Assembly (NCBI GenBank): GCA_040752575.1
Contig: JBFMGK010000027.1
Location: 1-23,915, forward strand
Direction of reading: 5' to 3'
Length of the DNA: 23,915 nucleotides
Source of the DNA: Candidatus Bipolaricaulota bacterium
Lineage (GTDB): Bacteria > Bipolaricaulota > Bipolaricaulia > UBA7950 > UBA9294
The notes under the pieces are model-generated. The model saw only the letters and a program-made list of their open reading frames with translations, did no database searches and had not been told where the DNA came from. Within the stretch, counting starts at the first letter, position 1, and each line of letters opens with the position of its first letter. Shown one piece after another: positions 1 to 7,292 of this stretch. The position numbers and the translations under genes are program-made.

Positions 1-120
1 GGGCGACGAGGTGGACTCGTCGCCCCGATCCTTTGGCAGACGGTGACAAGGGGGAGGTTTCGGGGCAGAATCGACAGGGCAGGTGCGTTGCGCGTTGGGC
101 GGGCGTGCAAGAGGTGACGT

Positions 121-1032
121 GTGATCGAGGGTCTGTCGATCGGCAAGCTGGAGGACGCGAGGGGCGATGCCCCGAGGCCGTCGACGTTTGCCGAACTCCT
201 GGCTCAACACCGTGCGATCGAGGTGACTCGACATCACATCGCTGCGGGCAAGCACTTCTACCTCGACGAGGCTAAGGAATGGTCGGGGTTCGAGTTCATC
301 TACGTGATCCGCGGGGCGCTTTCTCTCTCGAGTGGCGAGTCGGCTACGCCCCTGGGGCCGGGCGACTTCCTCTTTCACCGTGGGCTTCCGGAGCGGGCGT
401 ACTTCCGCGTCGAGCAGGACCTGGACCTCCTGATGGTGTCGTCACCGCCGAGCTTCCACCTCGTAAAAGACGAGATCCAGGAGATGATGGCGCTTGCCCG
501 CTCGGTCGAAGAGAAGGACGAGGCCACCGAGGGGCACTGCCACCGGATCGAACGGCTGGCGATTCGGACCGGAGAGCGGATGGGACTGCCAGGGCAGCGG
601 CTGATCGATCTATCCTACGGGGCGTACCTACACGACATTGGGAAGGTCAGAGTTCCCGACGAGATTCTCAACAAGGCCGGGCGGCTGACCGACGCAGAGT
701 GGATCGAGATGCGACGGCATCCGGAATACGGGGCTCAGATGCTGGCCGAGAAGGGCTTTCTTCGTGCCGCAGCCGAGATCGTGATCTGCCACCACGAGAA
801 CTTCGATGGAACGGGGTACCCGCGTGGATTGCGGGGCGAGGAAATCCCGATCGAGGCGCGCATCATCTCCGTCGTCGACACGTACGATGCGATGACGTCC
901 GAGAGACCCTATCAGGTCGCGTCGGCCAAAGAGAAGGCGGTCCAGGAGCTCCGGCTCAACGCGGGCACCCAGTTCGACCCGCGCGTAGTTCGCGCCTTCC
1001 TCTCGGTCATCGGACAGGAGGATCTTGTCTAG
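121..1032 (+). CDS. Cupin-domain HD-GYP cyclic-dinucleotide phosphodiesterase
   Basis: N-terminal cupin-like segment (FEFIYVIRGALSL...LGPGDFLF). C-terminal KDEATEGHCHR, LHDIGK, HHENFDGTGYP, DTYDAMTSERPY and GTQFDP motifs of HD-GYP. GAGGTG SD at 111-116 before the GTG. Confidence 0.9.
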   Translation: MIEGLSIGKLEDARGDAPRPSTFAELLAQHRAIEVTRHHIAAGKHFYLDEAKEWSGFEFIYVIRGALSLSSGESATPLGPGDFLFHRGLPERAYFRVEQDLDLLMVSSPPSFHLVKDEIQEMMALARSVEEKDEATEGHCHRIERLAIRTGERMGLPGQRLIDLSYGAYLHDIGKVRVPDEILNKAGRLTDAEWIEMRRHPEYGAQMLAEKGFLRAAAEIVICHHENFDGTGYPRGLRGEEIPIEARIISVVDTYDAMTSERPYQVASAKEKAVQELRLNAGTQFDPRVVRAFLSVIGQEDLV

Positions 1033-1198
1033 TTTCTCGAAGAGCCGATGGCGGCACCTTGCGACGCTCCTTCCCTTGGGGGCGGCGGTCGGGTTCCTTG
1101 CAGGGCTCGGCTTCAGCGACGTGTTGTCCGGGCTCGGAATCGGAGTCGGGTTCGGACTGCTCTACGGCCTCTGGTTCGCGTTCCGTAACCCTAAGTAG
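1025..1198 (+). CDS. Small (57 aa) Gly-rich membrane protein, two predicted TM helices
   Basis: Hand-translated: MSSFSKSRWRHLATLLPLGAAVGFLAGLGFSDVLSGLGIGVGFGLLYGLWFAFRNPK*. The TTG start overlaps the HD-GYP stop, AGGAG lies just upstream, and the ORF ends right before a hairpin. Too short for the ORF track. Confidence 0.65.
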   Translation: MSSFSKSRWRHLATLLPLGAAVGFLAGLGFSDVLSGLGIGVGFGLLYGLWFAFRNPK

Positions 1199-1200
1199 AA

Positions 1201-1239
1201 CGGAAAAGCAGAGGCCGGGTCGCGGTCTCTGCTCTTCCG
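1201..1239. terminator. Stem-loop between convergent genes (probable terminator)
   Basis: CGGAAAAGCAGAGGCCG-ggtcg-CGGTCTCTGCTCTTCCG: 17-bp inverted repeat with one mismatch and one G-U pair. No strong U-tract. Confidence 0.6.
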
Positions 1240-1266
1240 CCTATGGTTGCCCCGAGCGCCTCGTCT

Positions 1267-2586
1267 TTAGAGGTTCGGCAGCTTGTCGGCGAATACCCTC
1301 TCCAGGTTGGGCTGCCCGATCTCCTGAAGCTCGTAGCGCACGCGCGTTGTCGGCACCTTGAAGGTGATAAGGCGGCCGAGGTCGATCGGGGTCCCGATGA
1401 CGACCGCATCGCAGTCCGCTCGGTCCACTGTCTTCTGGAGGTCGCGTATCTGCTTGTCGCCGTACCCCATCGCTGGGAGGAGGCGCCCGATGTCGGGGTA
1501 CTTGCGGTAGGTCGCGCTGATCGAATCCACCGTGAACGGGCGCGGATCGACGAGCTCCGCGGCGCCGAACCGCTGCGCGGCAATGACGCCGGCTCCGTAC
1601 TCCATGCCCCCGTGGGTCAGCGTGGGGCCGTCCTCGATGACGAGCACACGGCGGCCGCGGAGAATCGAAGGATCGTCGACCTGGATCGGGGATGCCGCCT
1701 CGATGATGACAGCGCCAGGATTCAGCGCGTGCACGTTCTCGCGTACGAAGTGGATGTCCTCGAGGGATGCGGTGTCCACTTTGTTGATGATGATGACATC
1801 GGCCATTCGAACGTTCACGCTGCTTGGGTAATAGAGCAGTTCGTGGCCGGCGCGGTGCGGATCGACGACAACGATGGACAGGTCGGGTTTGTAGAACGAG
1901 AAGTCGTTGTTGCCGCCGTCCCAGATGACGACGTCGGCTTCCCGCTCGGCGGCGCGGAGGATCTTCTCGTAGTCGACGCCCGCATAGACGATCGTTCCGT
2001 TGTCGATGTGGGGCTCGTACTCCTCTCTTTCCTCGATCGTACACTCGTGTCGGTCGAGGTCGGCGAAGGTCTCGAACCGCTGCACTTCCTGCTTCACGAG
2101 ATCGCCATATGGCATGGGGTGTCGCACGACGGCCAGCTTCTTCCCTTTGGCCTTGAGGATTTCGCACACGCGGCGCGTCGTCTGGCTCTTGCCGGAGCCC
2201 GTGCGCGCGGCGGTGATTGAGACGACGGGTTTCGTTGAACGCACCATCGTCGAGGCGGGACCGAGGAGCAGGAAGTCAGCACCAGCAGCGTTCACGAGAG
2301 CCGATCGCTCCATGACGTGCTGGTTCGACACATCGCTATAGCTGAAGACCACGAGGTCCGCCTTGAGCTCTGCGATGAGCTGCGGCAGATCCTCTTCGGC
2401 CCGGATGGGAATGCCGTTCGGGTACTGGGCGCCGGCGAGTTGGGCGGGGTACGTGCGTCCGGCGATGTCGGGAATCTGCGCTGCCGTGAACGCGACGACC
2501 TCGTAGTCGGTGTTCCCGCGGAACACCACATTGAAGTTATGGAAGTCCCGCCCGGCCGCCCCCATGATGATCACGCGTCGTTTCAT
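1267..2586 (-). CDS. COG2403 P-loop NTPase ('GTPase / cyclic 2,3-diphosphoglycerate synthetase-like'), likely ArcE-type arginine synthetase
   Basis: N-terminus MGAAGRDFHNFN, P-loop ARTGSGKSQT, and RHPMPYG, TIEEREEYEPH, WDGGNND, EDGPTLTHGGM and LPAMGY motifs typical of this family. Confidence 0.8.
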   Translation of the reverse strand: MKRRVIIMGAAGRDFHNFNVVFRGNTDYEVVAFTAAQIPDIAGRTYPAQLAGAQYPNGIPIRAEEDLPQLIAELKADLVVFSYSDVSNQHVMERSALVNAAGADFLLLGPASTMVRSTKPVVSITAARTGSGKSQTTRRVCEILKAKGKKLAVVRHPMPYGDLVKQEVQRFETFADLDRHECTIEEREEYEPHIDNGTIVYAGVDYEKILRAAEREADVVIWDGGNNDFSFYKPDLSIVVVDPHRAGHELLYYPSSVNVRMADVIIINKVDTASLEDIHFVRENVHALNPGAVIIEAASPIQVDDPSILRGRRVLVIEDGPTLTHGGMEYGAGVIAAQRFGAAELVDPRPFTVDSISATYRKYPDIGRLLPAMGYGDKQIRDLQKTVDRADCDAVVIGTPIDLGRLITFKVPTTRVRYELQEIGQPNLERVFADKLPNL

Positions 2587-2697
2587 GTGGTCTTCTCCCT
2601 CTCGTGCGTGGCTGGAAGTGTCGCATTATCCTTGCCTCGCGAGAGGTTCGCAAGGAACCTTGTGGGGAACAGCGCGCGGGCCTATCATGCTTGCGCG

Positions 2698-3210
2698 ATG
2701 TCCCTGGCAAACGCTGTGACGCTGTTTCGCGGCCTGCTCCTGGTTCCCACGGTGTACCTCCTGTTCCGGGGTGAGCGTGGCGCTGCGGCCGCGCTGTTCG
2801 CCGTCGCCTGCGCCGGCGACGTGGTCGACGGAACGATCGCGCGAGCGCGCAACGAGGTCACGACACTCGGCAAGGTCCTGGACCCGATCGTCGACAAGTC
2901 GCTTTACGTCGCCCTCCTGTCCTCGCTCCTCGTTCTCGGCGCCGTTCCGATGTGGGCGTACGCCGCTTTTCTACTCCCCCAGGTTGCGCTCGGAGTCGGA
3001 GCCCTTGCCCTCGCGACGAAGTCCGGCGCCGTTCAGGCGGCAAGGCCCATGGGCAAAGCGGCCTCATTCCTGTCCTTCGTTGGGCTGTTCTTCCTGCTTG
3101 TGGACTGGCCGGGTGGGCGAGAGATCTTCTTCGCGGCCGTGGCAGCGACGTACGCGGCGGGAGCCGACTACTACCTCGCCGCTCGGCGGCTGGGGCGGGC
3201 GGGCCCATAA
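2698..3210 (+). CDS. CDP-alcohol phosphatidyltransferase (PgsA-like)
   Basis: Motif DVVDGTIARARNEVTTLGKVLDPIVDK; hydrophobic. Real start is the ATG at 2698 (MSLANAVTLFR), not the 2317 start in the track. TATCAT at 2683-2688 with no SD suggests a near-leaderless transcript. Confidence 0.9.
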   Translation: MSLANAVTLFRGLLLVPTVYLLFRGERGAAAALFAVACAGDVVDGTIARARNEVTTLGKVLDPIVDKSLYVALLSSLLVLGAVPMWAYAAFLLPQVALGVGALALATKSGAVQAARPMGKAASFLSFVGLFFLLVDWPGGREIFFAAVAATYAAGADYYLAARRLGRAGP

Positions 3211-4088
3211 TCGGCCGGATCGAAGACGGCAGCCGGCGGCGGCGACTCGAACGCAAGGCGCTCGGCGCTCCTTGGGTGCGTCACGGACAGTGTCCACGCA
3301 TGGAGGAGGAGTCGGTCAGCCTTCGGACCGCCGTACAGCGCGTCCCCAAGCACGGGGTGACCGATGTAACGGAAGTGGACTCGGATTTGGTGCGTCCGCC
3401 CCGTCTTCGGGGTCACGAGGACGACTGTCTCGGCTGGACCTCGACGCAGCACGCGGAACCCCGTCTCGGCGCGCCGCCCGGCTGCCTCAACGGCCATGCG
3501 GCGTGGGGCACGCGGGTCTCGGCCGATCGGCGCGTCGATCCAACCCTCGTCCTCGACGATGACGCCGCCTAGCACCGCCAAGTACGTCTTCTCGATCGCT
3601 CGTCGGGCAAACTGGTCGCGCAGAGAGGCCAGGGCCGCTTGCGTCTTCGCAACCACGAGGACTCCGCTGGTCTCCTTGTCCAGGCGGTGGACGATGCCCG
3701 GACGCGAAGGGTCGTCCGAGGCGGGAAGATCCCGCGCCGCCAACAAGGCTTCGACGAGGGTCGGCGTCCCGCGCGTGCCGGCACCGGGGTGTACGACGAG
3801 GCCCGGCGGCTTGTCCACGGCAAGGAGGTCTTCATCCTCGTACAGGATGTGGAGAGGCAAGGACGCGGGCGTAAGCAGGTTCAACGTCGGCGGCTCCCAC
3901 TCGACCTCCTCGCCGTGGCGAGTGCGGTACGCGGGCTGCTTTACGACATGGCCGCCGACGCGGACGCGCCCGTCGCGCAGCCAACGTTGGACTTCGGCGC
4001 GCGAAGCTCCTCCCGCGTGGCTGGCGATCCACCGGTCGATGCGAGTTCCTTCATCCTCTGCGCTTACGGTGTAGGAGTCCTTGCTCAT
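3171..4088 (-). CDS. rluD: RluA/RluD-family RNA pseudouridine synthase with S4 domain
   Basis: S4-like RIDRWIA...SRAEVQRWLRDGRV, DKPPGLVVHPG, catalytic HRLDKETSG, TGRTHQIRVH, HPVLGDALYG, LHAWTL. Start placed at MSKDSY (4088). The 3' end overlaps the pgsA-like gene by 40 bp. Confidence 0.9.
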   Translation of the reverse strand: MSKDSYTVSAEDEGTRIDRWIASHAGGASRAEVQRWLRDGRVRVGGHVVKQPAYRTRHGEEVEWEPPTLNLLTPASLPLHILYEDEDLLAVDKPPGLVVHPGAGTRGTPTLVEALLAARDLPASDDPSRPGIVHRLDKETSGVLVVAKTQAALASLRDQFARRAIEKTYLAVLGGVIVEDEGWIDAPIGRDPRAPRRMAVEAAGRRAETGFRVLRRGPAETVVLVTPKTGRTHQIRVHFRYIGHPVLGDALYGGPKADRLLLHAWTLSVTHPRSAERLAFESPPPAAVFDPADYGPARPSRRAAR

Positions 4089-4100
4089 AAGATCCGCGAG

Positions 4101-4129
4101 TTGGAGGCCAGGCCATCCTCTGCTATACT
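4101..4129 (+). promoter_or_regulatory. Sigma70-type promoter for nusA
   Basis: TTGGAG (4101-4106), 17-bp spacer, TATACT (4124-4129), with an extended -10 TG. Confidence 0.6.
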
Positions 4130-4147
4130 CACAACGTTCGCTCACGC

Positions 4148-4190
4148 GAAGAGACGTTCGATCGGTCGCCCATGGGCGACCGTCTTCTTC
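4148..4190 (+). promoter_or_regulatory. Terminator-like leader hairpin upstream of nusA (possible attenuator)
   Basis: Perfect 20-bp palindrome CGGTCGCCCATGGGCGACCG (4163-4182) followed by TCTTCTTC, which can also pair with GAAGAGACG at 4148-4156. Confidence 0.5.
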
Positions 4191-4276
4191 GATGGGCGAG
4201 GGTACGCGCGGAGGCGACGTACGTCCAATGCGGCGTCCCGCGGAGGCGGAATGGGCGAAGCCCGGGAGTGCGTGGC

Positions 4277-5260
4277 ATGAACATCGAGTTCATTGAGGCG
4301 CTGGAGGAGATGGCGAAGGAGAAAGGGATCCCGCGTGAGGATCTCTATGCGGCCATCCGAAAGGGTCTCGCGGCCGCCTACCAGGAGGAACATCGGCTGC
4401 CCGACGCCGACGCCGACGTTGAGGTCGTGATTGATCAGCACTCCGGGGACATCTTCATCAAGGGGCAGAGGATCGATCTCGCTCGCTTTGGACGTATCGC
4501 GACGAAGAAGGCCGAGGAGACGATTCGCCAGGAGATCGTCCAGCGGCGTCGTGAGATTGTGCAGAACCTGTTCTCGGCACGTGTCGGCGAGATCATCAGC
4601 GGGTCGATTCACCGTTTCGAGGGCAAGAGCGTCTGGGTCAACCTGGGAGAGGCGGAAGCCATCCTCCCCGAGGAGGAGCGCATTCCGGGCGAGCGCTACC
4701 ACGCCGGCGAGCGTCTCCGCTCGTACCTGGTGAGCGTGGAACCGACGCAGGGAGACCCGCGCATCCTCTTGTCTCGAGCGCGCAAGGAGTTCGTCGCGGA
4801 ATTGCTGCGGCTCGAGGTTCCGGAGATCGATGAGGGAACGCTGAGGATCCGTGCGATCGCGCGAGAGCCGGGGCGGCGGACGAAGGTTGCCGTGGAGTCC
4901 CTCGACCGCAACGTGGACCCGATCGGGACATGCGTTGGAGCCGGCGGAGCTCGCGTACGCATGGTGACGCGCGAGCTCTCCGGGGAGAAGATCGACCTCG
5001 TGAGATGGAGCGATGATCCCGCGGAGTTGCTGAGGCACGGCCTCGAACCGGCCTCGGTGATCTCGGTCGAGCTGAATCCCGAAACGCGCAAGGCACGCGT
5101 CGTGGTCCCCGACGATGAGCTGTCGCTCGCGATCGGCAAGGGCGGCCAGAACGTTCGACTGACGGCAAAGCTCCTCGGCTACGACATCGACGTGACAAGC
5201 CCCAAAGAGCAGGCCGAAGCGGCAGCGGCCGCCGGGCAACCCCCGTCCGGCGAGGCGTAG
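4277..5260 (+). CDS. nusA: Transcription termination/antitermination factor NusA
   Basis: MNIEFIEALEEMAKEKGIPRE, FGRIA, S1 domain, KH motifs AREPGRRTKVAV, DPIGTCVGAGGARV, GEKID, LSLAIGKGGQNVRLTAKL. Start at the ATG 4277 after GGGAG. Confidence 0.97.
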   Translation: MNIEFIEALEEMAKEKGIPREDLYAAIRKGLAAAYQEEHRLPDADADVEVVIDQHSGDIFIKGQRIDLARFGRIATKKAEETIRQEIVQRRREIVQNLFSARVGEIISGSIHRFEGKSVWVNLGEAEAILPEEERIPGERYHAGERLRSYLVSVEPTQGDPRILLSRARKEFVAELLRLEVPEIDEGTLRIRAIAREPGRRTKVAVESLDRNVDPIGTCVGAGGARVRMVTRELSGEKIDLVRWSDDPAELLRHGLEPASVISVELNPETRKARVVVPDDELSLAIGKGGQNVRLTAKLLGYDIDVTSPKEQAEAAAAAGQPPSGEA

Positions 5261-5373
5261 CGGGCTTGGGCTCGGCATTGTTGACCTCGAGCCGCGCCGC
5301 ATAGCGTCCTGCCGACCACGCCCAGCGCGAGACGGTATAATCGGGCGCGGACCTGGAACGGGAGGAACGCCGC

Positions 5374-6891
5374 TTGGGAAACGCCCTGAACTACGTCATG
5401 CTCGCGGTGAGCCTGATCGCCTCGGTGGGGATCGGGCTTCTGGTGGGGACCGTCCCACGCCGCCGTCGCGAGGCCGAGATTCTTGCCGCAGCCCAAGAGG
5501 AAGCCGAGCGGCTGAAGCGGGAAACGGTTCTCGAAGGCCGCCAGCAAGCACAAGAGCTCAAGGATGAAGTCGAGGAGAGGGCGAAGCGGCGCGAAGAGGA
5601 GCTGGACAGGTCCGAGGAGCGGCTCGCGCGTCGCGAGGATCGGATCAACTCGAAAGCCACGCAGATCGAGAAGCTCGAGGACTCGCTTCGAGCCGACGAA
5701 GAAGAGCTGCAAGCCCTCCGGGAGGAGGGCCTTCGCTTGCTTGAGGCGCAGAAGCAACAGCTCGAACAGACGGCGGGCTGGACGCAAGAGGATGCGCGCG
5801 AGCACCTCGTGCGCGTCGTCGAGAGCGAGTCACAGCGTTTCTTCTCCAAACGGGTCGAGGACGTCGAGCGACGGACGCGCGAGGAGGCCAAAGAGCGAGC
5901 GGCGCACATCGTCGCAACCGCCGTGCAACGCTATGCGTCAGAGTACGTCGAGGAGAACGCCGTCAGCTCCGTTCCTCTGCCTTCCGAGGAGTTCAAGGGC
6001 CGGATTATTGGACGTGAAGGCCGAAACATCAAGACCTTTGAGGCGTTGACTGGCGTCGAGCTTCTCGTAGACGACACGCCCGAGATGGTCGTCCTCTCAT
6101 GCTTCAATCCCCTTCGACGCGAGGTCGCGCGCATGGCCCTCACGCGCCTGATCGAGGATGGCCGAATCCACCCGGCCCAGATCGAGGAGAAGGTGCAACG
6201 GGCGAAGGCGCGCCTTGCCGAACGCGTCAAGGAGGAAGGCAAGAAGGCTGCGTTTGACCTTGGGATCGACCTGCATCCGGAGCTGGCGGCATTGCTCGGC
6301 AAGCTCCGCTACCGGACGAGCTACGGCCAGAATCAGCTCGTGCACTCCATGGAGGTCAGCGGGATCGCCAAGGTCCTCTCCGATGAACTGGGGATCGGCT
6401 CGAAGAAGGCGAAGCGTGCGGGACTGCTTCACGACATCGGCAAGGCCGTCGACCACGAGGTCGACGGCCCGCACGCGTTGATCGGTGCCGATCTCGCGCG
6501 CCGCTACGGCGAGGCGCGTGACGTCGTCCAGGCGATTGCGGCTCACCACGAGGACGTCGAACCTGCGAGCGTGTTGGACATTCTGATTCAGGCGGCGGAC
6601 ACGTTGTCCGCAGCGCGGCCGGGAGCGCGACAGGAGACCTACGACCGATACGTGCAGCGTCTCCACGACCTCGAAGAACTCTGCCGCACCTTCCCGGCTG
6701 TTCAGGAGGCGTATGCCATTCAAGCCGGACGCGAGGTGCGCGTGATGGTCCAGCCGGACCGGGCGAACGACGACGCTGCGGCGAAACTCGCCTACGACAT
6801 CGCGCGGGCGATCGAAGAGGAACTGAGTTACCCAGGCGAAATCAGGGTCAACGTCGTGCGTCAGACGCAGTTCTCGGAGAGCGCGAAGTAG
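5374..6891 (+). CDS. rny: Ribonuclease Y
   Basis: N-terminal TM helix, coiled coil, KH (KGRIIGREGRNI), HD (YRTSYGQN, LLHDIGKA, AHH, ADTLSAARPGAR), AIQAGREVRV, YPGEI. GGAGG SD upstream and TATAAT at 5336-5341. Confidence 0.97.
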   Translation: MGNALNYVMLAVSLIASVGIGLLVGTVPRRRREAEILAAAQEEAERLKRETVLEGRQQAQELKDEVEERAKRREEELDRSEERLARREDRINSKATQIEKLEDSLRADEEELQALREEGLRLLEAQKQQLEQTAGWTQEDAREHLVRVVESESQRFFSKRVEDVERRTREEAKERAAHIVATAVQRYASEYVEENAVSSVPLPSEEFKGRIIGREGRNIKTFEALTGVELLVDDTPEMVVLSCFNPLRREVARMALTRLIEDGRIHPAQIEEKVQRAKARLAERVKEEGKKAAFDLGIDLHPELAALLGKLRYRTSYGQNQLVHSMEVSGIAKVLSDELGIGSKKAKRAGLLHDIGKAVDHEVDGPHALIGADLARRYGEARDVVQAIAAHHEDVEPASVLDILIQAADTLSAARPGARQETYDRYVQRLHDLEELCRTFPAVQEAYAIQAGREVRVMVQPDRANDDAAAKLAYDIARAIEEELSYPGEIRVNVVRQTQFSESAK

Positions 6892-6897
6892 GCCGAA

Positions 6898-7212
6898 ATG
6901 ACAACACTCAAGGTGTCGACGAACTCGAATCCCTCGGCGACAGCGGGTGCGATTGCCGCGGCCGTACGGAAGACAGGAGGGGCCGAGATTCACGTGATCG
7001 GCCCGCGGGCGGTCAACCAGGCGGTGAAGGCGATCGCGATCGCGCGCGGCTACGTGGCGCCGAACGGCCTCGATCTCTACTGTACGCCGAGCTTCTCGAC
7101 GCTGCACGTCGGCGAAGGAGAAGAGGATCGGACGGGAATCGTACTCAGCGTGCGGCCGAGGATCGCGCCGGCCGACGGCGAGCCGGGCTCGCCAGCCGAC
7201 GAGACACGATGA
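6898..7212 (+). CDS. spoVS: SpoVS-family (Alba-like) protein
   Basis: LKVSTNSNPSATAGAIA, IGPRAVNQAVKAIAIARGYVAPNGLDL match SpoVS. Lies downstream of rny as in Bacillota. Confidence 0.92.
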   Translation: MTTLKVSTNSNPSATAGAIAAAVRKTGGAEIHVIGPRAVNQAVKAIAIARGYVAPNGLDLYCTPSFSTLHVGEGEEDRTGIVLSVRPRIAPADGEPGSPADETR

Positions 7213-7292
7213 CCGCGTCTTGTTCGCCGCGGACGGCGCCGATACTATCTCGAACCGACGGGAACCTTCGTCCAAGGGAGTGACGCAAAGCG

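Noticed and set aside
6898..7212. spoVS as evidence of sporulation
   Set aside because: SpoVS occurs in non-sporulating phyla, and no other spo genes are present in the window.
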